The translations under genes and the position numbers were made by a program. A model generated the notes under the pieces. That model did not search any database and was not told where the DNA came from. It saw only the letters and a list, made by a program, of their open reading frames with translations. Shown piece by piece: positions 13,301-28,016 of a stretch of DNA of 64,000 nt. Location of the stretch: assembly GCA_013265495.1 (NCBI GenBank), contig MU057560.1:1376753-1440752 (forward strand), given 5' to 3'. Position 1 is the stretch's first letter. The number at the start of each line of letters is the position of its first letter. This stretch comes from Vicugna vicugna. Its lineage: Eukaryota.

Positions 13301-16008
13301 AACAAACTTGAAAAAAGAAAGTAAATCAAATTGATTCATGTCAATCCTAAGCTAGTTACCCGGCTGCTCCTCATCACACTTACCAGTGACCCAGCCTCAG
13401 TCCCCCTCCAGGTCCCAACACACGCCATCCCGGAAGGTGTGCGGTCCTTCCAAGTTCCAGGGACCTTGGGATTCAGCCTAGGCCTCTAACATCACGGTCA
13501 TTTTTGCAATAAGTTTTGCAGAAATAGAACCAAACTCTCTCTGAGTCTCAAGTGTTCTGTTCATCTGGGAAGAATTTTGATTCTTTTCACTCAAATGACA
13601 GTGATGGCATGTTTCTGTGTCACGACAATGGCCCTAATTGCTGTTGCTCACGTTCTTGACTCCAGGAAGTTACCAGGCTCTGCCCCCTTCCAGTGCCGTC
13701 ATGTCCTCTCCCCTTCCTCCTCTGCAGCCACTTGGACTCAGTTTCCTCCCTCAGTTTCCCGTGCCTTCCCCGCCCACCCCCTCCCCCAGCTGCACGGGAA
13801 TTCCATCAGAGGCCAGGAAAACCAGCAGAGAAGTAGTATTCAGAGACCATCTGGGGGTCACTCAAGATTCTGTGCAGGAAATAGAAAACACTGCCGGGAT
13901 TTAAACAGAAATGATGTCTTAGAACTTGCTTCAAAAAATTATTTGGAAAAAAAGATGGTGGGCATTCAGGAATGATTTCCAGCATGGAAAACAGCAGGCA
14001 CACCGTGACCTCATTCCTCTGAGGCCACCTCCGAGACCGTCAGGTTCAAAGGCACAGGTCACGGCCGTGATCCGGGGAGCTGGGCCGCCACCACCAGGGG
14101 CGCACACACAGCTCGAGGTGGCTTCATCGCCGCCTTCCACATCGCAGGAGCGTCCACACCTCACCTGCACAAGGATCTGAGAGGCCCTGGATACGACTTC
14201 GGCTTTCTCATCTTCGCAGACCCCGCAGGGTGGGAGGCGGACGGGATGGGACCTGAGCCACAGGTCCACAGCCCTCACGCACTTTTCCCCAGAGCGGCGT
14301 CCACAGCGTGCCCACCTCTGGGCCTCGCAGACTGTTTGTGCCCGGATGAGCTCCTCGCGCCCTGAGCCCAAGGAAACTGAGCTTCAGGAGAAAGGGGGCA
14401 GGCAAATTATGCTCTTTGAACACACACCTGTGCCAGACACAGTCCTAGACGGTTTGCATACATCCTTCTCCTTAATTTTTCTTCTAAAGGTCTTGCAGCA
14501 TTTTGATTATACAGCTGATGCCGTGGCTCGGAGAGGTGAGACCTTTTCACCCACGTAAGCACAACAGTGAAAAAGTGGTCATTCAAATCCTTGCTGTCCG
14601 CTGGCAAACCCCGTACTCTCTTCATCAGCACATTTTTTAAAAACTACTGTAAAAAGGCTATTGTGTTTCTTCTCTTGGTGAGCATACTGTGAAATGATCA
14701 AAGTAACGTACTGACTCATTGGTAATAACTTCCTGAGTAACCGCTCCTGAGCAAGAATGCCTCGTGTTGCTCTGGTCACCGATGGCTCATTTCCCTCTAG
14801 TCCAGAAAACAAATGGTCTAACTAAGTGGCACTGTTATGCAGGATTTTTGACACAATATAAAGCAGTTCTTTACATTTTCATATCTAGAGACGCACTATT
14901 TTGCTAACTGAGGGCCTACTGACCTAGGTGATCCTAATTTTTATATAAACACACACACTAGAGCGTGTGACCTCCCACCATTTTATCCTACATACTGAGA
15001 ATGAGAACCTTTAAAATACTGCCTTTACCTGATCAGTCATGCTCAGTTTTCCATAGTAACTCAGCAGAGTTAGACTGTCGAAGGCCAGGAAAACGCAGCC
15101 AAATACTGTTACTTCCACACCATCCCCCTCGCAGGGAGCAGGGCCCTCCCGGCCCCCGACGGTGGGAGCCGAGCCGGGAGGAAGCGCGGCTGCGTCTCAG
15201 CGGCGCGCGGCCGACGTGCGCGGTGGGCGGTGCGGACGCCCAGAGCGCCTGTGACTTAAGGCGATGCCAGCGTCTTTTCCTTTTTGACTCTCGTGGGCTC
15301 AGCGAACTGGTTTTGTGGTCAAAAGCATGGAGGTGAGATGAATTGACTGAGGTCATTCGGCCTCCGTAACAAATTTAGACAAATAAACCAAAAGCAGACG
15401 TTGACAACTGACTCGGGGTTTTATCTGGAAGGGCAGGACTTGCGAACACATTATTCCTACAAGACAATACTTTTATGAGGAAGTGAAGGTGAGCGACCCA
15501 TCGAGTGTGCAATCTGGCCTGGCAGGAGCCCAGAGACCTGGCTGAGGAGACAGTAACTGCCTTTCCCAGGCAGGCTGCCAAATAGCTCTCATATGGGAAT
15601 CCCTTATTTTTTTAATTCATTCTAGAGCAGAGCTGTTAACAACGTTGACAAGTGGCAACGGCCCCTTTTGCTGGTAACTAGGCCGGGTGTTCAGTTAGAG
15701 GTGTCCGGTCATAAAAGCCGCCCGCCGCCCCGGGGAGAAGGCTTCTCAAGACCCACGGCTCAGTGAGCGGTGCTGTCACAACACACTGGATTGTGAGGAA
15801 CGGAAGCAACTTGAGTTTCAATTCCACGCACTTTTCCTTCGGCGAGGACAGGAGATCTGCTTTCCCTCGGGATGGAGCTTTATTTCATGTCCTTCTGCTC
15901 CCCACCACCATCCCCCCCTCGGCCCCACTCCACCCTGCAAAAAGTGACGTTTGCCTTGAGAAATTCAGTGTTCTCATCACGGACACGTTTTTGGAAATAA
16001 TTAAGGCG

Positions 16009-16438
16009 TGCTATATGAGCCAGGATGCTCCAGAAAAATGAAACCAATGAACATATGCATATATGTAGGGAGAGAGAGAGAGGAGAGTGATCACTTTTTT
16101 AAGGACTTGGCTCATGTGATTTTGGAGACTGGAAAGTCCGAATTCTGCAGGGTGGGCCAGCAGATCAGAAACCCAGGAGACCAGCTGATGTCTGAGTGTT
16201 GTTTGCAGGAAGGATTCCTCCTTGCTGGGGGGGGGGCAGTCTTTGTTCCATTTAGGCCGTTGACTGATTGGATGGAACCTACCCACACTCTGGGGTGCAA
16301 TCTGCTTTACTCAAAGCTCACCAATTTAAATGTTAATCGTGTCCAAAAACATCCTCGCAGAAACCTCCAGAATAATGTTCCACCAAATGTCTGGGCACCG
16401 TGGTCCAGCCAAGTTGACACATAAAATTAACCGCCACA
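16009..16438 (-). mobile_element. MLT2-type solo LTR
   Basis: ttgactgattggatgg...aagttgacacataaaattaaccgccaca. Confidence 0.85.
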
Positions 16439-16944
16439 CATGCTACCAACAAGAATATTTTTGATAGGAAAACTAGGCTAGATTGATATTTGCACCAAAA
16501 AAAGCAACTACTTTAGGGTAAAAGGAAAAAACACATGAAGAAGGAATTAGCACATTCTTTAGATTATCCAGCGCAATGGAGAACAGAGCGGAGGTGGGCA
16601 GCTGGGCCACTACACCGATACGCGGACTTGGTGCCGTGTTCATCAAACTGTTGTCAGGCAAAGATGAAGGGAAAAGATCATGAAATACCATATGGAAATG
16701 GAGTCTATTTGTTTATTTTTAAAAGGGCACATGAGGCAAGAATATTTCATTTAAATAGAAGAGATTAAAATCTGGTTTCTTCAAACCCTTTGCAAACTGT
16801 CCTGGACATTTCGGACCTTCTGTAACTGAAGCCATTTTTACAGACTCATTGTACAGAGTGCAAGAGAAACACCGTTTCATACAGAGTCGCGGCAGTGCAG
16901 AGACATAGAACGTGAACGGCAGAGAGAACATAACCTGACCCCCG

Positions 16945-17045
16945 TCTTTTTATAAATGAGGAGGCAGAAGCCCAGAGAGGCGAGGTGACTTACCTTAGGT
17001 GACATAACCAGGTTGCAATTAATCCTAAAGAATCCTAGATCTCAT
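16945..17045. mobile_element. MIR fragment
   Basis: ttttataaatgaggaggcagaagcccagagaggcgaggtgacttaccttaggtgacata. Confidence 0.75.
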
Positions 17046-17761
17046 CTTTCTCCTTAAACTTATGTCTTTACAAAGAAGTCTCCAACTAAAGAGAATATTT
17101 TTAAAACAATAATCGTTCAGACATTGTTTTAGGTGAATTGGTTGAAGGGACCTATACCATTGCATCCCCTGCCCTGATACCTAAAAAAATGAGCAAAAAA
17201 CAATAAGACCCAGTGAAACACTATAAGCAAAAGCAGGGGGTCGGAGTGGGGGTCAGAAAAACAACAATCTCTAGAACAAACCCTGCCAAGGAAAAGAAAC
17301 CATTCTGGCATGGCTCAGCGTGATTTCTTCCTTTCCCCATTCCTAAAAAGCCATTCTGCCAGAAAGAGTAAATGTAAAAATCTTGAACTTTGGTACAACT
17401 GCACCCGTGGGGAACAGCACACAGAGGCGTGAATAGCCAGGCTGGAGGACAGAGGAGGAGGGGGTGGGGTGGGGACAAGAAGAGGAAGATCTCGAGCATC
17501 AAACTTTTACCTTCAGAAGTTCAGACGGGGCGGGAACCACCTGAAAGCCTCATTCTTCACCAGGGTGTGTGGCTGAAATTGGACATAATCAAAGTTCTGC
17601 AGGTGTTATCTCATGGCTGTAGGCTGCACTCACAATTCTGAATATTGAATTTCGACAATATATATTGAACAAAATCTCAGGAGAATAAGAGTAGAGCTAT
17701 GGTATGAAGAGTTGCTGCTCTGAGCTCCAGCCTAGACCCCTTACCTTCAAGGGCACACGCA

Positions 17762-18041
17762 ACGGAAACAGACTCACAGACGCAGAAAACAAACCTGCGG
17801 TTACTGGGGGGCAAGGGGTGGGAAGGGATAAATTGGGCATTTGAGATTTACAGATACTGACTACTATGTATAAAATAGATAAACAATAAGTTCATATTGT
17901 ACAGCACAGGGAACTATATTCAGGATCTCGTAGTAACTTATGGTGAAAAGAATATGAAAACGAACATGTTCACATGTGATGGAAGCACTGTGCTGTGCAC
18001 CAGAACTTGACACAACACTGTACAGACTCTACTTCACTAAA
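17762..18041 (+). mobile_element. 5'-truncated L1 (3' UTR)
   Basis: gactcacagacgcagaaaacaaacc...tacagcacagggaactatattca...tgctgtgcaccagaa. Confidence 0.9.
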
Positions 18042-19214
18042 TGTGCATATATACACAAAACAGTTACTGAAAGGGAACAAAAAAATGATGAAGAAAGCGG
18101 GAACCGGGCCCTATCAAAGGAAGGGTCAGCAAGGCTAGAAGAGTCAAGTGACCATCATGCACGCTGGCTGGAGACGAAACAGATAAGAGCACTCGGGAGG
18201 GCACAGGATGGGGTGAGGGAGAAAGGAAAAAATACCCCAAGTGGGGCAGGGACGCTCCTCAAAGTTCTCCCTGTAGAAAACTTAACGAGACCGTCAAGTC
18301 ACCGGAGTGAGTTTAGCAAAAAGATGCTGTCAGGCAGAAAAAAAAAAGCAACAAAATGAGGATGGGGCAGCATCAAAGCAGGACAAACAGACACATTAGA
18401 AACATCTAAACAAGGCTGGGATTTGAGTTCCTGACGTCAGAGGACTAGACCCCCACACGCCACGCCCTGGGCGCCCTTCCTGGAGCCCAGCGGACAGTGG
18501 GACAGGACAGTGAATGGGATGAATTAGAATAAGAAATAAAGAGATGCAAGCCAGGAGGCAGGCACTGAATACATTTAAATCTACACGTAAGAGCAGCAGC
18601 CATGGAAGTCGGCAGTGGAGATGCTAAGTCAGATATTATAAAACTTGAAAAGTCAAAACGCTGAATTATAATAACAACGGAGCGCTGTCTTATAATGAGA
18701 ACTGTATTTATAAATTTTAGCAATGACTTCTGTTTCCAATTGTTTGACTTTTCTCCTGTTAAACTGAAATCTTATTTAAATGACTTTAAAAATCTAACCT
18801 ACGGAGTATGATCGCACACTTTTCAGTGTACTTCTTGCTGTGTGTTCTCCCACTCTCTCATTCTTCTTATGTTCAGAGAGAAAAGGTATGAACCTGCTGG
18901 TCATTTCTGGGAGATTTTACGTGATGTTTTAAGCTTTGGCACAATCTGTATCACTTAATATTTAAAATGAACACGTTTCAAAAAAATAAAGATAATAAAT
19001 TATTTTTAAAAAACACATTATTTAGATAGGAAGAGAACCCTCAACAAGCCTTTAAAAGTCTAAGAAGAGGAAAACTGAAATCGCTTTTCAAATTGAAACT
19101 TAAGCCCAGGGAACTGGGATTCTGCTTTTGGCTTAAGAGCTCTCTCCTACTCAGAAATTAAAAAAAAAAAAAGGTAGGAATGCTGTTTCTTTGTATCACT
19201 CATTTTACAGAAGC

Positions 19215-19845
19215 CGTGAGATGCGGAGCAGAGACTCGGCCGGCCGTGCCCGTGACGGTGCGGGCGCGCGCTGTCCTTCCCGCCGCCTCCGCGCGTCAGC
19301 ACCGCCGCCTGCGGGAGCGGGGCCCGGCCGAGCGGGCAGCGCCCGTGCGCGGCTCCCCGGGGGGGTTGCGCTCTTTTCGGAGCGCGGCAGGTACGGGAGC
19401 TGCTTCTCACGGTGCTAGCGGCGGTGGCAGCCGTGACGGTGCTGCGTGCCCGCGGTGACAGTGCTAACAACGGCGCCGCGTCACGTCTGCCACTAGACCG
19501 GCCCCGGTGCTGTCCCGCAGCCCCCCGCGGTCCCCCGCGGTCCCCAGCTCCAGGAGCGCACCGGTCCTCCAGGCCATCGCGGAAACGTGCTTGGTTCATA
19601 AAGGGACTCCGTCTTGGAAAAAGTGTCCCTTTGCTGAGACGCGTTCCCCCACCGGTCACCGTGCAGCCAAAGGGGGCCCTGCCGTGTGGAGCCGGCTGAC
19701 AGCGAGCCGTGCGCGTGGGCGCAGCTGCCTGTTGGATGGAGACCAGCAAGGGGCGCGCTGTCTCCCAGGGCGCCCCCGCCTGCAGCGCCCTTCAGTCAGC
19801 AAACGGGCCGAACTGCGACAGAGCGACTCGGCGTTGGCGGTTACT
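19215..19845. promoter_or_regulatory. CpG island / GC peak with sharp edges
   Basis: Dense CpG flanked by AT-rich sequence; left edge resembles a GC-enriched MIR. Confidence 0.6.
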
Positions 19846-19894
19846 TTTCTTCTTTCTTTTTTTGACAAAAGTTAAACTATTTTTTAAATATGAT

Positions 19895-20122
19895 AGAGAG
19901 AATGCAAAACAGCCTGCCTCGATTCTGCACCCCATCTGATGAGCTTCACACCAGTGATTATGTTACATTACACGGAAAATGGGGTTTACAGATGCCATTA
20001 CAGCCACTAATCAACTGACTTTGAATTAATCAGAAAGGAGATTATCAAAGACAATAAATGCAAAATTGCTGAAACCGCTGTGCTTGTGACGATTTGATAC
20101 ACAGCGAGAAAAACATAACCAG
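19895..20122 (+). mobile_element. MLT1 (MaLR) LTR fragment, internally deleted
   Basis: tatgttacattacacgg...taatcaactgactttgaattaatcagaaaggagattatc joined to a 3' LTR end. Confidence 0.6.
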
Positions 20123-22679
20123 CACAGCGAGGTTAGTGTGCACTTCACGGAAAGGCAGCGATAAACATGCAGGTGGTGGAGACAGGGTACATACCCCGTA
20201 AGCAGAGACTCGGATTTGTTTCTTGCTTGCTGTTAACTGGATTTGTGACGTGGAAGAGAAGCGTCTCCTCCCTGACTCAGCTTCAGAACCTGCAGGATCA
20301 TGAGGAGAGACTAGCTGGTGTCTGTGTTCTCCCCGCCTCCCAGATTCTGTGACTCACTGGGTAGCCACACCTGTCAGGAGACTTTCAGTCACATCTCCAG
20401 ACGTGACATTCATGGCAGCCACCACCTTCAGCAAAAGCATCTCCTCACTGTCCAGAGTGGTCACTCCGTGGATTTTGTTGCCTCAATCTAAGACAAGCAT
20501 CCAGTTCTTCTGATTTCTAATATATACCTGCATTGTCCCTATGATTCACTTTAGGAGACATTCATTGTATTTGTCTTACTTTGAGGGGAAGTATTAATTT
20601 AAGGAGTCTGGGTGGAAAGGTGAGATTGGATTTTCTCAGTGCGCCTCCGCATGCTGCACCCTTCACCCCTGCCCTCGGCTACACCTGCACTAGCGCCCAC
20701 ATAAGCTCTTCAGGAAGACGTTTAGCCTGGTCCTTTGTCATCTGCCCCACTGCTTTCATAATTAAGGAATTACAGAGGAAATGAAAAGGCAAATAGGCAA
20801 ATAGAAGGGCAATTATCTTGACTACTTTTGTGTTTTCACTATCCAGACCTTCCTCATCTACCTACACACTTCAAGATGTCAGATTCCTACTCCAAATCTG
20901 GACTGAGAACCCTAAGCTGCCTGCTGGGAGGGAGCAAGGCAGTTGGGGTTGAGGTAGAGGGTAAATCCACGTATGGAGGAGAGAGATTCTTCAGTGATGA
21001 GCAGCTGTGACACACAGTGGTGCTGAGTAAACACCTGTGATCGATGTGTGAAAAGTCATTCTGTTTAGCAGCTAAGGTTTTATTTGAGAATATACTTACA
21101 AGATACCTACAAAAGCAATAGCTACGTTTTATTATTTTTGCTGTAATGTTACCTTAATTTTTTAAAACAAATACATATTTAAGTCCGTTAGAATAATTTC
21201 CTCTGATGATACGTAGATCAGGAATATGACACAAAGATCCCAAACTGACACTCACTCGCATCCTGCTAGCATTAGGTAAATAAGGAAATAGTGGAAGATA
21301 TAATTGAAGATTTATCGAGGCTGTTTGACATCACTAAGTAAGACAGCCACAGCGCATAAACAGGCAATGTTTATCGACAGAGAATTGGTTGCGCAAACCA
21401 TGCAACATTCGCTTGATAGAGTAACAGTCATTTTAAAAGGTGGTTATTATGTGTTAATATAGGGAACTATACACACAAAGGAATAGAACCAAATTGTCCT
21501 TTGGTTATTTTTGGATGAAAGGATTATGAGTACATTTTAGTATTTGTTTAATACACTTTTTAGGCTGTATTTGATGACTGTTTAGTTCATAATTAGGTAA
21601 AAGTTTTTAAAGCATACTAAGTAAAGACTACATCACTCCTGGATTTGCTAAGCACCAGGCATGCTGTCACTGGGTGTGCAGGGTGTGTGTGCGCGTGTGT
21701 GCAAGTCCTCCCATCTCATCCGTGATGGCCTCGCTGGCACCGTTGCTGAGGCCAGCGAGGCGTGACTTGACCGAGACAGTGTCAGGACACAAAGCAGACC
21801 GGCCCTGGGACTCAGACCTCAGAGCCAGGTGCAGGCAGACGTACCAGAGACCTTCCTGACTCACCCGTGTGGGGTCAGCGCCTGTTATGTCATGTCAGGT
21901 AAGCAAGAAAGCACAGCGGTGAGCAGGGGAGCACGAATGGCGCCAGCTTGTACAGGGGGTTAAGTGAGATGAGAAGACTGGCGATGCCCTCTCTGTAGAG
22001 TGACCGGAGGGATTCCTGTGACAGGAAGGCTGTTGTACCAAAAGCAGCGGCCACTGATCTCCCGCTCCTGCCACCAGGTAACGTGGGCCTCGGAAGAGGG
22101 AAGGGTGCCCGCGCCCCAGTGGGAAGAGACGGAACAGAGGGGGGAGCCCACCCCTCAGAACCCCAAGCACCAGGTCCGCACCCTGAGTGCGCCCCTAGGG
22201 GGCGTTCACCTTGAGCGGGTCTCAGTCCTTCTGGACCAGAGGTTACTGTCGCAAGTCTCGTGTCACAAAGCCACATTCTCAAATGGCTCAGTGCAGCTCT
22301 TTTATCTGGTGACAGTGCTGCTCTCTCAGAATTTGTGGTCTCGCTTCTGGAACAACTGGGTAGTTAAACTTCCACTCTCCTGACTCTTTATACGATAATC
22401 CATGGTTCTTACCCCGTCTTTTGCCCTTCCGTTTGGAAAAAAAGTCAAATTAAGGCTATTCTGGAACTTACAGCATGTCTGTTTCCTGCAACTTCAACCT
22501 CTTTCCTGGGAAGGATGGCTGAGTGCTGTGGTAAAAATTGAAGAATGTCAATGTGTCTTCATGTCATTCCTCTGGACGAACTCCTGATCTGGACAGCTGC
22601 ATGTCCCATGGCTCGGCCGGGGCAGGGGCTACTTCAGAGGGACCTGAGTGTGGGGGTTTTGTAAACGTTTCTTCAGCGT

Positions 22680-24460
22680 GCTTTACAGAGTAAAAGTGTT
22701 GAGTTTTCATAAAATCCAATCTGTCCATTATTTTTCTTTTGTGGATTATCCTTTCGGTGTATTACCTAAAAGCTCATTGCCTGTCCGAGGTCATACACCT
22801 TTCTCCTGTTTTCCTCTGGAAGTTTTCTAGTTTTACATCGCACGTCAATACTGTGATTAGCCCTTAGTTAACACCTGTACGCGCTACAGCTCTGCACTGA
22901 GGCTGCTTTGTGTATATATGCATGTATTCATTTGCATACGGACACCTGATTGCTGTCGAATCATTCGTTGGAAAAGCTAACCTCGCGCCACTGAACTTCC
23001 TTTTCATCTTTTGCAAAACTCAGTTACATTTGTATGCATCTATTTCTGGTGTTGAGATCAAGTGGAAAAAAATTAAATTCTTTTTTTTTTGCACTTTTCA
23101 GCTCGGGAATGACCATTTACATAACTGATTTCTCCTATCTGTTCATTAATTGGTGTCTTATTTTCCTTTAATCCATTGAGTGTATTCTATTTAATTTCGT
23201 GAATATATGTTTAATAGCTCATTTGAAGTGTCTGTCTACTAAGTACTACTTCGGGGCCCGACTAACTTCAGTCTCTACTGACACATTTTTTATCTTTGTT
23301 ACGTCTCACACTGTTTCTTTGCATGCCAGTCACTTTCCTTTGAAAAGTGGATATTAAAGATAATATATTATTGTACTTCTGGGCTTTTTGTGTTATTCTG
23401 AGAATTATTATTATTTTTGTTCTAATATTTAACTTTGTCACCCCAAAATTTGCAACTGCTTGTATCTGTGCTCTGCTCTCAGAGGTTCCTCAGTTGATTT
23501 TTTATATTGCTTCACTGCGAACCTTCTCTGTACTTGTGAAACTGGTCAGTCACCCAAGAACTTGGGTGGAGCTGTGGATCACCTCCTCTGGGGCTCCCTT
23601 GCTCTCAGGGACTTTCCCCTAATTTCCAACTTTTAAATCTGTACCCTGGCGTGGCAGGGTCTGTCACCTGATTGTGCATAGTGAGGGGATGAGCTCTGGT
23701 AAGAAAAACATGGAATCACGGCCCTAGCTCTAACTTTGCTTTTCCAGAGTAGATTTCTCTAACCTCTGCCTGCTTATTTGTCATATTTCCTGGGGTCTCC
23801 TGCAAGGAACATTCAATTTAACTTTCATTCAGACAATTGGGGAGTTAATGCTTTACATCTGGTTCTCACTCCTGTAGTTCTTGGACTGCCAGGATTTCTC
23901 CTCTAAACATTTAAATTACTGTATGCTTTGCTAATGCAGAACTGTGATCTTTCATACATTTTGTTGGCAAGGTTTTAACACCCGACTCCTCCGACACACA
24001 CACGCATACACGCACACACGCACCCCACAGCTTTATGGATTGGGACGTGCCCTCAGGCCAGGGAACCACAATTTCATAACTGTTTCCTCTTCTTCTTGAC
24101 ATTGTTTTTGAAATTATGCCTTCCTCTATCTTTGGCATGCTTTTGGAATTTTACCAGTTACTGTAAATCAGCAGGTTGCTGGTTTTTTTTTAATACACTT
24201 GGAAAATTCCAGCCAAGATTCTTTCAATTATTTTTTTGCTCCATCTTGCTAGGGTGGCAATTTGAATCTTTCAGGCAGTCTCCAAATCTCTCCTTAAGGT
24301 CCTCATTTCTTCACTCATTTTATCAGTCTCTTTAACGTGCAGGTCATTTTGAGCTCTGACTTGCTGATTCATGGATTTTTCTCTTGACCACGAGCTACAG
24401 TATCTTCTCCTTTATATTTCTTACAGTTTTTGATAGTATACTACACAGTATCTATAAAAG
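22680..24460 (-). mobile_element. Old L1 (L1M-type) fragments
   Basis: T-rich antisense L1-like tracts, e.g. aaatccaatctgtccattattttttcttttgtggattatcctttcggtgt and ttttcctctggaagttttctag. Confidence 0.6.
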
Positions 24461-26849
24461 TACAGCAGAATTAACAGTTAGTAAATAGACATTGAAATAA
24501 TTAGAAACATCCATAGTTTCTACGATCTTTATCATTCATTCAATGGACATTTATTTAAACCTTATGATGTGAAGTTCACCTTATAACACTCTAGGAGGTG
24601 AATGTCCATTGTCAGAAATGAGTCTACAGTGCAGGTGGACAAGGAGCTGCAAATGCCTTAGGAGAGACTTCAAAGGACTTCAGAGAAAATTTTATGCGGT
24701 TGTTTTAGTGCGTCAAAATTCCCTTGCAGTAGCATTACCAACCTATTTTGTAAAGATAGTATCTCAAACACCAGGCTATCTTAAATCAGGAAACACACCC
24801 AGATAAATTTATGCTTAAATATACAGTTCCTCAAATGTGAGAAAGACACATCTAGTACTCCCTCTGTTACTATGACCAGGGACTAAAGAGGGAAAAAAAA
24901 ACAAACACAAAGTTCCAAATCTGCCCTGCCACTTGACGTTTTGCATTCATAGTTTTCAAAGGATCTGTATTCTGGAAAAGAGAATCCACGTGGGAACAAA
25001 GTTCCATTTTCTTATGAGTCCATAAAAGGAATTCTCTAATATGTTTAGATGAGGAAACACAGGGCTTTTCCTTAAACTCCAAAATCAAATGTTAGATTTT
25101 ATGGTACTGTTCATCCTTACAGGAAAAGAAAACCAAAGAGAAGGACAGAGAAAATAAAAGATGGCCCTTAGTCGAAACTGGCTCCATAATTTACCAGCTG
25201 CTATTAAAGTAACACTGATTTTCACATGCCCTAAATTTCTCTGTTACACACTTAGTCCATTCTACCTAGTATGAGTAATCTGAACTGGAGATTACATTTT
25301 CCTGTTAATCTGTTTATTCAATAACTTTACAATCAAAACCTAAACCAAGTACTTATTTAGAATCTAAAGGATGAGGCATATGTTCATGATTTTTACTTCA
25401 TGTAAAAGTATTATAGTTCAAAACACATTAAAATCAGAAGTTCTATGAATTTTCATTTGTGCGGTGATACTAAAGATAGTGAATACTTCATGCAAATACT
25501 TGATGCATATGGATATGAAACCACCTTTCTGAAACTTTTTTTTTAACTCAGACCTGGCAGTGTTTGGTTATTTATATGATAGTTACGGAGAAAAAATTAA
25601 CGTGTATTAACACGGAGCTAGGTTAACACATGGGAAATGCATTTTTAATGCATGTTCTAATTTCTGAGAGGCTAGAAGAATCATTATTTCCTGGGCAACC
25701 AAAAGTACCTTCCCAGGATTTCCCATTATCTTAAACAAGGAAAGATTCAGCGAAACTTAAGGAATTTTTCTCTAAGCGCAGATAGACGTGGAAGATGCCA
25801 TTCATGCTCCAGGAAGGTACAGCAAGGATGAGTTGAACGAATTACCAAAATAGCATTCTGTTTGAACATGTCATGTGTCTGAAGCATGCAGTCAATGATG
25901 ATAACGTCTGAAGAATTTTATCAACAGTCTGAGTTTAAGCAAATGCTTCACATCTTGTTATCTCAAGAAAACAGAAGTAAACCTTTCTGAAATTAACTTG
26001 CCTTTACATGAATTGAACAGTATGTTTTTTCAAGAATGAAGAGGCCTGGCCCATTTTTTTTCCCTTTCCGTATGAGTGGGGTCTCCTCACTTGGCAACGC
26101 ATTCATGCCAATCAAAGACGCCTTTAGTTCAAGCTCAGAGTGAGTCAGGAATTGCAGTCACACACTTTGTACTTGGAACTTATCGGTGTGGAGCCAGATC
26201 CCGAAAGAAACAGACTTGGTTTTGGGCGTATTCCAAAGAGGGCAATTGTTCAAAGAAAAATGTAATGCAACGCATTTAGGGTAATGTTATGTAAATAAGC
26301 AGGAAGCCTTGCTGTAGCTCTGGCTCTTTCTTTCTGCTCTTCCTTAGCTCTGTGGCTTTGCCTTGAAAGTTTTTACTTTGAGTTTCATACAACCTCATTA
26401 TTTCTTCTTGACATTTTCTTTAAGAGACACAACAGCTGCATAATATTGATAAACTCTAAGAAGGATAGAATATAGCATTCCTGCTATGGCTTCCATCTAA
26501 ATGGACCACGTATAGGAACTCTGAGTTGGCACTGTTTCTGTTGCAAATCCTTCACCTCTATTTTATATTAAAAATGCAGCATCTAAAAGCTATAAAGAAT
26601 AAGTCTCTCAGAGCATCTTTATCTTAACATAATAACCTTCCCATTTAGTGTGTTACAGTTGAATTTGATAATAAAAGTTAGGTCTCAAAAATGATGAATA
26701 TTTAAATCATCAAGATGGGTCTAAAAAATACTATTTCCTCAGTAATATCATTCTTTTTAAAGTTCTTCTTGCTTCTTTCAATATGAACCCAGACCATCCA
26801 TTGAGGTCTTATTAAGCAAGTCGCATCAGGAAAAGGACAGCATTGCTAA

Positions 26850-27350
26850 GCATAAAATGATGGGTGAAGTCCCAAAGGGAAACAGAATGACCATACAGAT
26901 TTCAAAGTAAAAGCAAAAATAAAAGTCACTTAATAGAAGCAACGTAACCAAACAAGGAAGATCTGGGAAATATTTGCAGCAAGTGTTCAGAGGGAGAATA
27001 TTTTAAATGAATAGCTCTAAAAAGAAAACAAAAAATGCTAATAAAAAATGGACCAATGAGATATACAGCCAGTTTACGATAAAAAAGGAAGTACAAATGG
27101 TCAGTGTATAAAATCCTCCTTAACTCATCAATAACAAAATGCTCTCAGCCAACAGCACAGAAGGTGCATCAGGACAGATGCTACCATCCCTGCTGGCGAG
27201 GCCATCAAAACAATGTGCATGCCTTCCTGGGGGAAAAGTTGCCGACAGATATTAGAAGCTTACCAAGATCATTTCAAATGCTCACGGCCATCTGTAATCC
27301 ACATATTAAAATATAAGGAGTTTCAGAAAGTTCACAAATATCATTTGCAA
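26850..27350 (+). mobile_element. Old L1 ORF2 3' fragment
   Basis: ctgggaaatatttgcagc...aaaaaatggaccaatgagatatacagccagtttac...aactcatcaataac. Confidence 0.55.
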
Positions 27351-27537
27351 TTTTGGGCTTTGTTTAAACATAATAATTGCATTTATTAGATACTTGGACC
27401 CTCACCATATCTGCATGAGCAGAAGGAAGCATTTGTTTTGTTTTTAACGTCAAAACTTCCATGCCAAAATCCACTGCACAGAATTATGACGCAGAAAAGG
27501 GCAAGCCCACTTCTTCCCAGTGCAAAATTCTCGCAAA

Positions 27538-27836
27538 GCACTGTCCTGGGACTCTTGGCCTTGTTAACCCTAACTCCTGACGGGACCTGCCTTATAATCG
27601 AGGACATTGACACAGAGAGACTCAGGGACTTCACGCACAGCGGGAAGGCCGCCCGAGGACACAGCAGGAAGCTGACCTTCCCTCCGCACCCCAAGGAGAT
27701 AGGCCTCGGGAGACACCAGCCCTGCCGACACCTCGCTCTTGGACACCCAGCCTCCAGAACTTTGAGACAGTAGAGGTCTGTGTGTGAGCCCCCTAGTCTG
27801 AGGTTCGTGGTTGCGGCAGCCTGAGAAACTGGTACA
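27538..27836 (+). mobile_element. MLT1 (MaLR) LTR
   Basis: ccagccctgccgacacctcgctcttggacacccagcctccagaactttgagaca...gcagcctgagaaactggtaca. Confidence 0.8.
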
Positions 27837-28016
27837 AAGTCCTAGAAAGAAAGTCAGACAGTAGTGGCTTCTAGGAAAAAAGACAGAAACAGGAAACCAG
27901 GGACCTTTCTGGATGGAAGTACGTTCTATGCTGTGTGAAGTCATTAAGTGGCACATGGGAACGTGTGCTCTTCACTGTGTATAAATCTTACCTTAGAAAG
28001 AAAGACTACGTGGAGG

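Noticed and set aside
19147..19875. 200-aa and other ORFs
   Set aside because: GC-peak artefact overlapping a MIR-like relic
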